58,406 bases of DNA from a virus (taxonomy: Duplodnaviria; Caudoviricetes). The DNA lies in IMG/VR virus record IMGVR_UViG_3300044998_000622, positions 1 to 58,406 of that record; one strand, 5' to 3'. How positions within the stretch are numbered: position 1 is the first letter of the stretch; every line of letters begins with the position of its first letter. Made by a program: the position numbers and the translations under genes. The notes under the pieces were generated by a model. The model was not told the origin of the DNA, did no database searches, and saw only the letters and a list, made by a program, of their open reading frames with translations. Of the stretch, positions 7,502 through 16,547 are shown one piece after another.

Positions 7502-8643
7502 AGCGGCGCCTCCCGGTCACGACGATCACGGCGTCGGAGCTCACTGCCTGGCGCGCGTGCCCCCACCGGTGGGGCCTGCGCTATGTGGACGGGCTCGTGC
7601 CGAGGGTGGGCGCCAGACCGCTGCGGGTCGGGACGGCCATCCACGCCGGCCTGGCGGCGGCGTACCGGCTGGCGCGGGGTACGCCCGACACGGCTGCCGA
7701 ACGGCGCGTGGCGGCCAAGGTCGCGGCGCGGGAGGCCATCCTCGCGGCGCACCAGGAGGCGATCGCCAGCCTCCAGGTCGAGGAGCTCCTGGACGAGTCG
7801 GATGAGGTGGCGCGCCTGGCGACGTGGGTCTCGGAGCACTTCGTCGACCGCTTCGCCGAGGACTGGGAGCACCTGGACCCGATCGGAATCGAGCTTCCCT
7901 TCGAGCTCCAGCTGCGCGACGTGCTCGGGCGCCGTGTCCCCGGGCTCCAGTTTGCTGGCGTGATGGACCTGCTCGCGTTTGACCGGCGCGTCGGGGACGT
8001 GATCGTGATGGATCACAAGACCACGAGCGGGTCGATCGACGGGCTCGACCGGAAGATCGAGCTCGACCCGCAGATGGCGGGCTACGTCTGGGCCGCCCGG
8101 GAGCTCGCCGCCATGGGCGCGCTGCAGCGCGCGGAGGGCTGGGTCGTGACGCCGGACGCAGTGAGCGGGCGGGTCGCGTTCAACGTCATCAGAAAGGCAA
8201 TCCCGCGCGCGCCGAAGCTGAACAAGGACGGCCGGGTCTCCACGGCGGCGATCGACACCCTGCCGGAGGTGTACGCGGACGCTCTCGACGAGCAGGAGCG
8301 CCGTGGGATCCCAGTGACCGAGGAGCAACGGTCGCTGCTCGATCGCCTCCGGAACAAGGGAGAAAGCTACATCGCAAGGCGCGAGTTCTGGCTCTCCACG
8401 TCGGACGTGGAGCGCTGGCGGACGGAGCTCTTCGTGGAGGCGAGTAGGATCAGGCAAGCGGAACGCGATCCCGCGTGTCGGACGCGGAACCCGCTGGCGT
8501 GTTCGGTGGCATCGGCTCCTGTCTGCGCGTACCGTCAGATCTGCCTCGATCCCGACGCCGCGGAGTTTCGCGAGGGGTTCGAGCGCAGGCCGAGGCGAGA
8601 AGAGGTGGAACGAGCGAAGGCGGAGGTGAGCGATGGATCGTGA
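7498..8643 (+). CDS. Cas4/RecB-like PD-(D/E)XK exonuclease
   Basis: TASELTAWRACPHRW, GTAIH, IELPF, GVMDL..MDHKT, QMAGY, C-terminal C-x7-C-x5-C completing a probable Fe-S staple. Confidence 0.9.
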   Translation: MKRRLPVTTITASELTAWRACPHRWGLRYVDGLVPRVGARPLRVGTAIHAGLAAAYRLARGTPDTAAERRVAAKVAAREAILAAHQEAIASLQVEELLDESDEVARLATWVSEHFVDRFAEDWEHLDPIGIELPFELQLRDVLGRRVPGLQFAGVMDLLAFDRRVGDVIVMDHKTTSGSIDGLDRKIELDPQMAGYVWAARELAAMGALQRAEGWVVTPDAVSGRVAFNVIRKAIPRAPKLNKDGRVSTAAIDTLPEVYADALDEQERRGIPVTEEQRSLLDRLRNKGESYIARREFWLSTSDVERWRTELFVEASRIRQAERDPACRTRNPLACSVASAPVCAYRQICLDPDAAEFREGFERRPRREEVERAKAEVSDGS

Positions 8644-9013
8644 CGAGATGGCGGCCGAGGCCGCGAAGGCGGCGAACCTTCCTGGCGAGCGAGAGAAAGC
8701 GATCGTGGCGGCCTGGGAGAAGCTCCAGGTCGTCTTGACCTACAAGAAAGAGCAGTCGAAGCGCACGAAAGAGCGGATCGACGGGTGTGTCTCGCGCCTC
8801 CGCGAGGCGGTCGAGATGGGGACGCACGTCGGCGACACGGTCGCGCAGGTCGAGAAGCTCCGCGCGGTCGAGCTCGCGTGGCACGGCCTGGAAGAGGCCA
8901 AGAGCGAGCGCGTCGAGGTCATGAAGGCGTGCAAAGAGAGCGTGGCGGCGGCGGAGAAGACGCTGCGCGAGCTGATCGAGCTCTCGTCGCAGTTGACGTT
9001 GTTCGGGTCCTGA
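8633..9013 (+). CDS. Coiled-coil hypothetical protein ending in QLTLFGS
   Basis: GGAGG RBS; helical and charged; the terminal motif resembles a sliding-clamp-binding peptide. Confidence 0.75.
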   Translation: MDRDEMAAEAAKAANLPGEREKAIVAAWEKLQVVLTYKKEQSKRTKERIDGCVSRLREAVEMGTHVGDTVAQVEKLRAVELAWHGLEEAKSERVEVMKACKESVAAAEKTLRELIELSSQLTLFGS

Positions 9014-9144
9014 TCGACCCGTGGGGTTCACCGATGGACCCCGACCTCGGCGAGCGCGTGCTGCGCGCCCTTCGAGGTCGTGAGCCATCGACGGCGCACG
9101 ACGATCTCTGGAGTCGGGGGTCGCGTTCAGGTAGCGAGGAAACA

Positions 9145-9978
9145 ATGCTCAGAATCGACGACAGGGCGGACGAGGATCACTTCAAGGCGCTGATCTACGG
9201 GGCTCCTGGCACCGGCAAGACCAGTTTCGGTGTGAGCGCGCCAGATCCGCTCATCTTGCTCTCGGAGAGGCAAGGGATGCGGCACATCCGCGACGCCGCG
9301 AGCCGCATGGGGCGTCCCGTGCCACCTGTGCTCTACATGCAGAGCCTGGAGGACTACCGGTCGGTCATCCGCACGCTGCGCGCGCCGCGCGCAGCGGACG
9401 GGAGCTTCAGGGTCGTCGGCAAGGACGGCGCCGAGATCCTCGCGCTCGACCGGTGGCCGCAGACGATCGTGATCGACTCGCTCACGGATGCATGCCGGCT
9501 CGTGGACGAGGAGGTGAAGCGCGACGCGCCGCCGCAGAAGGCGAGCGACGGTCTCGACAAGGTCACGGAGCGGCACTGGGCCGCTCTCCGGGACCGGTGC
9601 GAGAAGCTCATCCGGGCCTTCCGCGACTCGCCGACGCACGTCGTGTTCCTCGCGCACGTCGACGACCGCTTGCAGGGCGAGGGCGACGAGGCGCAGCGCT
9701 GGGTCGGTCCCTCGCTGATCATGCGCGCGCTGCCGAGCTTCGTAATCGGCGCCGTGAACGTGGCGGCGATCACGACGCGCACGATCGGCAAGCGCGACGA
9801 GACCGACGAGGACGGTGAGCGGAGGATCGAGTATGGGATCGTCACGGTGGGCCCCGGCTTCATGCAATTGAAGCCGCACCGTCCTCTCCGGGACAGAGAA
9901 GTCCCGGACTTCAGCGACTGGATCGCGCGCATTCGGCAGAGCGAGAGCGCGCGAAAGGCTGAAGGCAAGGAGGGGTGA
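9145..9978 (+). CDS. AAA_24 / Sak4-like single-strand annealing ATPase
   Basis: KALIYGAPGTGKT, TIVIDSLT, HVVFLAH; lies between the nuclease and SSB; GAGGA RBS before ATG 9145. Confidence 0.88.
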   Translation: MLRIDDRADEDHFKALIYGAPGTGKTSFGVSAPDPLILLSERQGMRHIRDAASRMGRPVPPVLYMQSLEDYRSVIRTLRAPRAADGSFRVVGKDGAEILALDRWPQTIVIDSLTDACRLVDEEVKRDAPPQKASDGLDKVTERHWAALRDRCEKLIRAFRDSPTHVVFLAHVDDRLQGEGDEAQRWVGPSLIMRALPSFVIGAVNVAAITTRTIGKRDETDEDGERRIEYGIVTVGPGFMQLKPHRPLRDREVPDFSDWIARIRQSESARKAEGKEG

Positions 9979-9981
9979 GCG

Positions 9982-10551
9982 ATGGCCATCTTCGATCCGA
10001 GCAAGGGCAGAAACGGAGGCACCGAAGGAAGTGCCGCGGAACTTCTCCCTGCAGGGGAGTATCTCGTCGCGATCGTGTGGCTGCAGCTCAGGACCGCACG
10101 ATCCGGCGCGTCGTTCGCACGGGTGAAGGTACAAGTGTGCAACGGTCCCATGGCCGGCAAGTGCTTCTTCACCGCGCTCTCGCTCGACTTGAGCAAGAAC
10201 GGATCCAGGGCGCGGTTGGAGATGCTTTGCCGGAGTGCTGGGATCACGGAGCCATTCGACGTGGACTCGGAGAAGCAAGTCGCGCGGGCGGTCAAGAACC
10301 GCCCGTTCAAGGCGCGCATCGAGCAGAGGGATGAAGTGGATAGGCGAGACGGCACGACGAGACGCGTGAACGAAATCGCGCGGTACGTCGTGAAGCTCAC
10401 TCCCGATGAGCAGCGTGCAGCGGCCAACTGGGTTCTCGATCGCGAGGAGGCCGCGTTATCCGGAGTGACTACGCGCGATGACGACGACAAGTACGATGAC
10501 GACGACGAGTACGCGGTCAGCGCGAGCCAGGACGACGACATCCCCTTCTGA
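9982..10551 (+). CDS. ssb: Phage single-stranded DNA-binding protein (DUF669-like)
   Basis: LLPAGEY N-terminal motif; acidic tail ending DDDIPF. Confidence 0.85.
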   Translation: MAIFDPSKGRNGGTEGSAAELLPAGEYLVAIVWLQLRTARSGASFARVKVQVCNGPMAGKCFFTALSLDLSKNGSRARLEMLCRSAGITEPFDVDSEKQVARAVKNRPFKARIEQRDEVDRRDGTTRRVNEIARYVVKLTPDEQRAAANWVLDREEAALSGVTTRDDDDKYDDDDEYAVSASQDDDIPF

Positions 10552-10554
10552 TCG

Positions 10555-10634
10555 GCGCGAGCGAGGCGCATGTGGCGCCTCGCTCGCGCGCTGCGCTTGA
10601 TCCCAACCGATCAAGCGCAGCGCGCGGGTGAGGC
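10555..10634 (+). promoter_or_regulatory. Two overlapping, mutually exclusive hairpins
   Basis: Stem A 10555-10569/10575-10589 (15 bp perfect). Stem B 10585-10602/10609-10626 (18 bp perfect, extends to 10577/10634 with G-U pairs). Confidence 0.7.
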
Positions 10635-10656
10635 CGCAGGCAAGGAGGCGACTTCC

Positions 10657-10998
10657 ATGGCACGACAGGAGACGTTTGGGTTCGTGGTGGATGCGGAAGG
10701 CTTGGATGCGCCGCAGACCGAGGCGCAGAAGCGAGACCAAGTGCTCGACGCGCTCGCCCGGTTCCGAGCGGAGGTGATCCGGCACGCGCGCGCCGCGGCG
10801 GAGGAGCTCTTCGCGAGGGACGGGTCGGTCACGGCGCCTCGGGTGCTCGCGCTGATGCGGGAGCGCGGACACGGACCGCTCCTCGACTCGGTCGACGCGA
10901 GGTGCGTCGGGGTCGTGTTCCGGTCCGGCTGGACGCGTGTCGGCTGGGAGCCCGAGGGCTCGCACGGGCGCCCCGTGGCGGTCTGGGGGCGGTCGTGA
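10657..10998 (+). CDS. Hypothetical protein
   Basis: GCAGGCAAGGAGG RBS before ATG 10657; ends SHGRPVAVW. Confidence 0.75.
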   Translation: MARQETFGFVVDAEGLDAPQTEAQKRDQVLDALARFRAEVIRHARAAAEELFARDGSVTAPRVLALMRERGHGPLLDSVDARCVGVVFRSGWTRVGWEPEGSHGRPVAVWGRS

Positions 10999-11354
10999 AC
11001 GACGACGAGATCGAGCGCGCCGTGTTCCCAGACGGCTACGACGAGGCCCGGCAGCAGGCGCTCACCATCGCCTCTCTGGCACGAGCGAACGCGGAGCTCG
11101 GCGCGCTCTATGTCGGGCTCGCGCTTCGGCCGAAGGCGAGCCAGCCTGCGGAGGCGAGCCCCGTGGAGGAGAACCGGGAGCCGGAGGTGGAGAAGAACCG
11201 GGAGCCGGAGGTGGAAGCGGAGCTCGACAGCCTCCGCGTGCAGAACCGCGCGCTTGGGGGAGCGCTCCAGAGGATCCGGTCCTGTTGGATGATGGGGGAC
11301 GCCGAGGAGCTCTGTGTGGTTCTCACGAAAGAGTTCGGGGCGAGGGGCAGGTGA
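10995..11354 (+). CDS. Hypothetical coiled-coil protein with a 24-bp tandem duplication
   Basis: GTGA coupling at both ends; VEENREPE/VEKNREPE at about 11163-11210. Confidence 0.7.
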   Translation: MNDDEIERAVFPDGYDEARQQALTIASLARANAELGALYVGLALRPKASQPAEASPVEENREPEVEKNREPEVEAELDSLRVQNRALGGALQRIRSCWMMGDAEELCVVLTKEFGARGR

Positions 11355-11938
11355 CGCCGGAGGTCGCGCTGGCTGCCGAGCTCGTTGCGCTGGCCGACCG
11401 GCTGCTGCGCGGGGTCGCGACGGCCGAGCAGGTCCGAGCTCTCCTGCGCGCCCAGGTGCTGCCTCCTGGGGCGCAGGCCGCCCTGCCGCTCGACGCTGGG
11501 CAGGAAGCGCCCCCTGCGGGGCGGCGCGAGGCTCCTTGGCGCCCCGCGGTCGAGGCCGTGTTCGACTACTGGAGGGCGGCTACCGGGCACGAGCGCGCGA
11601 TGCTCAGCCCGGAGCGCGTGGCGAAGGTTCGGGCGCGGCTGCGGGACGGCTTCACGGTCGAGCAGCTGTGCTCCGCGGTGAACGGCTGCACTTCGAGCGA
11701 GTTTCACTCGAAGGAGGGGCACGACGACCTCACCCTGATCTGCCGGGACGCGAGCCACGTCGAGAAGTTCATGCGGATCGCGGAGGCAAGCGGTGGCTCG
11801 GTGCGCGCCGTGCGAACGAAGTCTCCCTCGGAGATCGAGGGCGAGCGGATCAGGTGCGAGATCAGCAAGGCACGAAAGGAAGGGCGGATCGATGACTACA
11901 ACAGGCTCGTCGCAGACCTCAGAGCGAAGGGTCTTTGA
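11351..11938 (+). CDS. Phage replication-initiator-type C-terminal domain protein
   Basis: VFDYW...LSPERVAKVRARLRDGFTVEQLCSAVNG....FH....DLTLICR...VEKF resembles the conserved phage initiator C-terminal domain. Confidence 0.7.
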   Translation: MTPEVALAAELVALADRLLRGVATAEQVRALLRAQVLPPGAQAALPLDAGQEAPPAGRREAPWRPAVEAVFDYWRAATGHERAMLSPERVAKVRARLRDGFTVEQLCSAVNGCTSSEFHSKEGHDDLTLICRDASHVEKFMRIAEASGGSVRAVRTKSPSEIEGERIRCEISKARKEGRIDDYNRLVADLRAKGL

Positions 11939-12548
11939 CCCCGCGCGGGCCCGAGGCCCATCGGTGCCCGCCGTGGCGGGCGAGCTTTTCAAGCTGGTCG
12001 GCGATCACCTCGCGACGCCGGACAGGAAGCTCACCGTCCGCCTGATGGCGGCGGAGTGGAGCCTGCAGCACGAGGGCGGGCTGCGGCCGCCGAGCTACCC
12101 GGCGCGGCCTCCTGAGCTTCCCTACGGGGACCGAGAGCTCGCGCTGCTGCTTGGCGCCGTCGATCGCATGGGGGAGCGCGCTTCGAAGCAAGACCAGGAG
12201 ATCGCCGCCGTCTTCGGCGAGTGGCGTTACATGGTATGGCAGGCTGAGGCTGAGGCATCGGCGAGGATCGAGTGCCTCTACGAACTCGGGAGGACCTTCT
12301 TGGAGGCGAGCGAGGCGTGTCCTGACGACGAGCACCTCAAGGCTCAGCTGCGGCGCGTGGAGGAGATCGCGCGCGTGGAGTGGGGCTTTGAGCTCCTGCC
12401 GCTGCCGGAGCGCTGCCAGCAGCGCAGGCGCGCGGCACGCCTCGCCGTGCGCGACGACGTCCTTCCCGCGTGGCTCGGGGCCTGCGCGGAGCCGCCGCGA
12501 GAGTCGCGCCTTCGCGACTACGTGGAGCGCGATGACTTCGCCCCGTAG
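11892..12548 (+). CDS. Hypothetical protein
   Basis: Fills the gap between the initiator-like gene and RusA with coding-like codon bias; start uncertain. Confidence 0.6.
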   Translation: MTTTGSSQTSERRVFDPARARGPSVPAVAGELFKLVGDHLATPDRKLTVRLMAAEWSLQHEGGLRPPSYPARPPELPYGDRELALLLGAVDRMGERASKQDQEIAAVFGEWRYMVWQAEAEASARIECLYELGRTFLEASEACPDDEHLKAQLRRVEEIARVEWGFELLPLPERCQQRRRAARLAVRDDVLPAWLGACAEPPRESRLRDYVERDDFAP

Positions 12549-12945
12549 GATCGTGGCGTCGGTGAAGTTCGTCGTCCTCGGGACACCGACCCCGAAGGCG
12601 CGCCCGCGCGCCTTCTACGCGAAGGCGACCGGTCGCCTTCGCGTCGTGACCCCGACCACGACCCGGAAGTACGAGCGCAAGGTCGGCGGCTGCGCGTGGC
12701 TCGCGCTCGTGCTCTCGAAGCAGGTCGGCACCTGGCCGCAGAAGGCGGAGCGCTACGTAGTCGAGCTCGACATCTTCTTGCCCGACGCGAGGACCCGAGA
12801 CTCGGACAACGTCGTGAAGGCGATCATCGACGGGGCGACCGGAGCGCTCTGGGCCGACGACCGGTGGACGATGCCACGGGTGAACACGCTGGAGATCGAC
12901 CGCGAGAATCCGCGCGTGGAGGTGACCGTCCATGCGCTCGTCTAG
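12532..12945 (+). CDS. rusA: RusA-family Holliday junction resolvase
   Basis: PTPKARPR, RDSDNVVKAIIDG...WADD, ENPRVEV. Confidence 0.9.
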   Translation: MTSPRRIVASVKFVVLGTPTPKARPRAFYAKATGRLRVVTPTTTRKYERKVGGCAWLALVLSKQVGTWPQKAERYVVELDIFLPDARTRDSDNVVKAIIDGATGALWADDRWTMPRVNTLEIDRENPRVEVTVHALV

Positions 12946-13237
12946 GCATCGGGCGCTGCTTGCGAAGGTCCTGCGGCGGATCTACGCAACAGCGATCGCC
13001 AAGGTCGACCGCAGGGAGCTCCAGCCAACGACCGAAAAGGAACTCGCCGAGCTCGTGTCGAGGGTGATCGGCGACAAGCTGCTGGAGAGGCACCTCGGGG
13101 AGCTCTGCGCGATCGTCGGCGAGGCGGAGAATGAGGCGATCAGCCGCGTACATGTCGCCATGCACGCGACGATTTCCGGGGACCACGACGCGATCGACGA
13201 CGCGGTCATGATCGCGATGAGCCGGGGTGACGAATGA
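12932..13237 (+). CDS. Hypothetical protein
   Basis: Overlap-coupled to both neighbours. Confidence 0.65.
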   Translation: MRSSRHRALLAKVLRRIYATAIAKVDRRELQPTTEKELAELVSRVIGDKLLERHLGELCAIVGEAENEAISRVHVAMHATISGDHDAIDDAVMIAMSRGDE

Positions 13238-13827
13238 GCCTGCTGCTGCCGGGCCTGGAGGGGTACGCAAAGCGCGACGAGTCGCTGGGCCAGTGGGACA
13301 CGCACCCCGAGGTCTGCGCGGCGTTCGTCCGGTGGTGCGCGCCGCGCCCTCGGTCGAGCGTGCTGGAGCCGTGCGCGGGGATCGGGAATCTTGCGAGGGC
13401 GTTCGATCGCGAGGGGCACGTCGTCACCGCGATCGAGATCGACCCCGAGAGGGCTGCCGTGAGCGGCGCGCGCGTTGGAGATTTCTTGGCGGAGGCCGCG
13501 CCTCCGCGCCCAAGCTTCGACCTCGCCGCCATGAATCCTCCCTACGAGCGCGACGGCGAGACCCGGTTCATGCAGCGCGGGCTGCTCTTCGCGCCTCGCG
13601 TCTGCGCGATCGTGAGGCTTGTTGCGCTCGCGTCGGAGCGCCGCGCGGATGCCTGGGAGGCCATGATCGTCTCCAGGCTCGCTCACCTGGTGCCGCGCCC
13701 CGTGTTTGCCGGGAGCTCGGGGATGGACGAGATCGTGTTCGTCGAGGTCAAGCCGCGTCGCGGCGCGAAGCCGCTCCGTGAGAGTATTGTTCGGATGGAG
13801 TGGCTCAGATGGAAGGAGCTCGCGTGA
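13234..13827 (+). CDS. Small orphan amino-DNA methyltransferase (gamma motif order)
   Basis: QWDTHP, VLEPCAGIGNL (SAM-binding), AIEID, GDFL, AMNPPY (catalytic). Confidence 0.88.
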   Translation: MSLLLPGLEGYAKRDESLGQWDTHPEVCAAFVRWCAPRPRSSVLEPCAGIGNLARAFDREGHVVTAIEIDPERAAVSGARVGDFLAEAAPPRPSFDLAAMNPPYERDGETRFMQRGLLFAPRVCAIVRLVALASERRADAWEAMIVSRLAHLVPRPVFAGSSGMDEIVFVEVKPRRGAKPLRESIVRMEWLRWKELA

Positions 13828-14372
13828 TCGAAGCTGGTCAAGAGGTCGAGGTGAAGCCCTTCCAGGGCGGGGCCTGGGTGCGCGCAACGGTGGCCGGGAC
13901 CGCCACGGGGGCCAAGGGCCCTTGCTACGTCGTGCGGACGGCAAGCGGGGCTCGGTGGACGGTGCCGAGCTCCAGGATCCGACCGCTCAAAGAGGAGACC
14001 GTCTCGTCGGTCCTGCGCGGAGCTCCGAAGCCCGGAAAGGGCGAGGTCCGGGTCGTGGCGACGACCACTAACGGATCTTCCCGGTCCCAGCCGAAGCCGC
14101 AGGGTCCTGCGAGGAGCGAGGCCTACCTCGCCTTCGTGCGGACGAAGCCTTGCGCTTGGTGTCACGCGCCGGGCCCGAGCGATCCGCACCACTGGGGCTC
14201 GCGCGGTGTCGGGCAGAAGACCGACGACTTTCGAACGCTGCCGCTCTGCCGGAAGCACCACGACGAGTTCCACGCACGCGGCATGATCGGCGAGAACAAG
14301 GCGGGGACGATCGAGACGTTTCTGCGGGCGCAGGTCGATCTGCTCGTGGAGTGGTTGAGGCAGCGGCAGTGA
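13824..14372 (+). CDS. DUF968-like HNH/zinc-binding protein with an SH3-like N-terminus
   Basis: YLAFVRTKPCAWC...DPHH....G.GQKTDD..TLPLCRKHHDEFH. Confidence 0.8.
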   Translation: MIEAGQEVEVKPFQGGAWVRATVAGTATGAKGPCYVVRTASGARWTVPSSRIRPLKEETVSSVLRGAPKPGKGEVRVVATTTNGSSRSQPKPQGPARSEAYLAFVRTKPCAWCHAPGPSDPHHWGSRGVGQKTDDFRTLPLCRKHHDEFHARGMIGENKAGTIETFLRAQVDLLVEWLRQRQ

Positions 14373-14557
14373 CAACGCTGCTGCGGTGCGACGGCTGCGC
14401 GGAGACTAGGGAAGCATCGAAGCTCCCCGCGGGCTGGACCGTGTTCGTGAAGAGCGTGAAGGGCGACGACGGGGAAGAGCTCCGCTACGACGGTCTCGGG
14501 CACTACTGCCCGAGGTGTAACGGCAACGACAAGACCGAGAAGAAGAGGAAGCGATGA
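14369..14557 (+). CDS. Small zinc-finger protein
   Basis: CDGC...GW...HYCPRC; GTGA/ATGA coupling. Confidence 0.7.
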   Translation: MTTLLRCDGCAETREASKLPAGWTVFVKSVKGDDGEELRYDGLGHYCPRCNGNDKTEKKRKR

Positions 14558-14847
14558 CGACGAAGAAGAAGGCCGAGGCGCCGCTCGTGGAGCGCGGCAT
14601 GGGCGAGATCCGACCGTCTGGACCGAGGCATCACACGATCTGGATCACGAGGGCCGAGTTTGCGGACCTGCGCGAGAAGCAGGCGACGAAGCTCGTGGTC
14701 GCGACGGACGTCATGAGGGACGACACGATCGAGCTCGTCGGGCAGAGCGAGGGCGGCGAGCCGATGGTTCCGCTTGCCGCCGTGGCGGTCGTCGGGACGG
14801 TCCCGCACGCTCACGGCGCGGCGGTCCTCGTGGAAATCATGAAGTGA
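14554..14847 (+). CDS. Hypothetical protein
   Basis: GAGGA RBS; coupled at both ends. Confidence 0.7.
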   Translation: MTTKKKAEAPLVERGMGEIRPSGPRHHTIWITRAEFADLREKQATKLVVATDVMRDDTIELVGQSEGGEPMVPLAAVAVVGTVPHAHGAAVLVEIMK

Positions 14848-15293
14848 CCGACGAGACCTACGGCGAGTGGCTTCGGCGCCTGGGCCCCGACTCGCCGGAG
14901 GTCACGGCGTCCGAGCGCGCGAGGCTCATGTGGGAGCGTGCGCGCGACGCCGAGCACGCGGAGCAGATCGGTGCGATCGAAGCGCTTGTCGGCTGCATAG
15001 TGAAGCTTCGCAGGCCGATGCAGACGTTGCTCGGCGCGATGGACGTGCGCGAGCGCCTGCTCCACGTCGGGCCGCACGACCGCGAGACGCGCCTGACGGT
15101 GCCGACGACGGCGAGCTTCGTGATCCGAGCTCGCTTCGGGTCGCGGCTGCTCGGGATCGAATGCGGCACGGGCGAGACGATGCTCCTCCGTCCCGACTGG
15201 CTGCTGGTGGTTTCCGTTGCGGAGCGAGGGTCCGCACGACAGGATGAGGGCGTCGCCGACGACGGCGAGGCAAGGAAAGAGGGCCGACGATGA
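14844..15293 (+). CDS. Hypothetical protein
   Basis: GTGA/ATGA coupling. Confidence 0.65.
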   Translation: MTDETYGEWLRRLGPDSPEVTASERARLMWERARDAEHAEQIGAIEALVGCIVKLRRPMQTLLGAMDVRERLLHVGPHDRETRLTVPTTASFVIRARFGSRLLGIECGTGETMLLRPDWLLVVSVAERGSARQDEGVADDGEARKEGRR

Positions 15294-15667
15294 CGACCAG
15301 GAACGGACAAGAGCCGCCGCTGAAGATCGAGCGAGTGAGCGCCAAGATCGCCACGCTCGAACGGCGCCTGGAGTGGCTCGACGAACGGATCGCGCGGTAC
15401 GCGCCCGATCGCGACACAGGGCCGCGGCTCAACTACGACCGCGCCGAGCGCGAGGCGCTCTACGCGGCGGTTCGGGCGCTCAAACTGCTGCGAGCGCAGT
15501 TGGAGCCGGAGACCGACCCGGTGCTCGCCCTCGACGAGCTCGTCTTCGCCACGAAGCTGCTCTTGTCGGACGCGAGCGCGCATGGCTACACGCCGCCGCG
15601 CGACCTGGGCCTCCGGGTGATCGAAGCCTTCAGGCGCGCCGAGAAGCTCCTGTCCGAAGTTGGCTGA
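15290..15667 (+). CDS. Hypothetical coiled-coil protein
   Basis: ATGA/TGATG coupling; LERRLEWLDERI...YDRAEREAL. Confidence 0.7.
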   Translation: MTTRNGQEPPLKIERVSAKIATLERRLEWLDERIARYAPDRDTGPRLNYDRAEREALYAAVRALKLLRAQLEPETDPVLALDELVFATKLLLSDASAHGYTPPRDLGLRVIEAFRRAEKLLSEVG

Positions 15668-16080
15668 TGCTCGTCTATGTCGCGGGCGCGAGCCGGGAGC
15701 TCGGCCGGGTGAGGCGCGTGATGGACCTCCTCCGTGGAGCGGGTCACACGATCGCGGAGGACTGGACCGTGGAGGTCGACAGGCTCGGGACCGTGCCGGC
15801 CGACGCCGATCAGCGCAGGTCCGCCGCGACGCGGGACCTGCGCGCGCTGCTGGAGGCGGACGCCTTCGTGCTCCTGGTTCCGGAGGCCGAGACGAAGGGC
15901 ACCTGGTTCGAGCATGGGTTCTGGACCGGAGCTCACGCCGGGGAGCGCCCTGCGCTCGTGAGCCACGCCACGTTGGAGGCATGGAACCGGAGCCTGGCCT
16001 CCTACATCTTTGTCGACTCCTTCGACGTCGAGTGCTTCGACGCCGAGATCCCGAGGATCCTTCGCGACTTCGGACACTGA
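15667..16080 (+). CDS. Nucleoside 2-deoxyribosyltransferase/hydrolase-like protein
   Basis: VYVAG, DWT, RDLRALLEADAFVLL, GTWFEHG: pattern of the NDT fold including the catalytic Glu. Confidence 0.75.
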   Translation: MLVYVAGASRELGRVRRVMDLLRGAGHTIAEDWTVEVDRLGTVPADADQRRSAATRDLRALLEADAFVLLVPEAETKGTWFEHGFWTGAHAGERPALVSHATLEAWNRSLASYIFVDSFDVECFDAEIPRILRDFGH

Positions 16081-16089
16081 ACCGGAGCC

Positions 16090-16120
16090 TCGACGCGGGA
16101 TCCTCTTTGGGTTACAAGAG
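16090..16120 (+). promoter_or_regulatory. Putative promoter P5
   Basis: TCGACG-17 nt-TACAAG, similar to the P3/P4 -10 elements; AAGGAG RBS follows. Confidence 0.45.
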
Positions 16121-16154
16121 ACCGGCGCGGAGCCGCCAGAAAAGGAGAGAGACC

Positions 16155-16547
16155 ATGAAGCAGGACCCGAAGCTGATCGCCGCCGCCATGCAGCAGGTCG
16201 AGGAGCACAAGGCGGGCCGGGCGATGAAGGAGATCGCGCTCGCGGTGCAGCGGATGCTCCTCATCGACGGCGAGGACGGCGAGGACGAGGCGCCGCCCGC
16301 CCTGCGTCTGTTTCTGGCCGCAAACGCGGTCGGGTTCGTCGCGCGGGACATGGTGGACAGGGCCAGCCTCGCGATCGAGGAGGGGATCGCCGAGGAGAGC
16401 CGGCGGTCGGCCTTCATGCTGACCGGACTCACGCTGCTCGCGAGATCGATCGCCGACGGCGTAAACTCGGGGCTCAACGGAGACACGCCGCTGGTCGCCA
16501 GCGACGGCGAACTCCCGCCGGTGACCTCGTCCGGGGGTGACGCGTGA
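16155..16547 (+). CDS. Hypothetical protein
   Basis: AAAAGGAGAG RBS before ATG 16155. Confidence 0.75.
   Translation: MKQDPKLIAAAMQQVEEHKAGRAMKEIALAVQRMLLIDGEDGEDEAPPALRLFLAANAVGFVARDMVDRASLAIEEGIAEESRRSAFMLTGLTLLARSIADGVNSGLNGDTPLVASDGELPPVTSSGGDA

Noticed and set aside
7498-8643. Cas4-like nuclease as evidence of a CRISPR system
   Set aside because: No repeat-spacer array or other cas genes; the context is the standard nuclease-Sak4-SSB recombination module.
9014-9144. In-frame upstream extension of the Sak4-like gene, and GACCCCGAC/GTCGGGG pairing
   Set aside because: The RBS supports ATG 9145. The pairing is imperfect and plausible by chance at this GC content.
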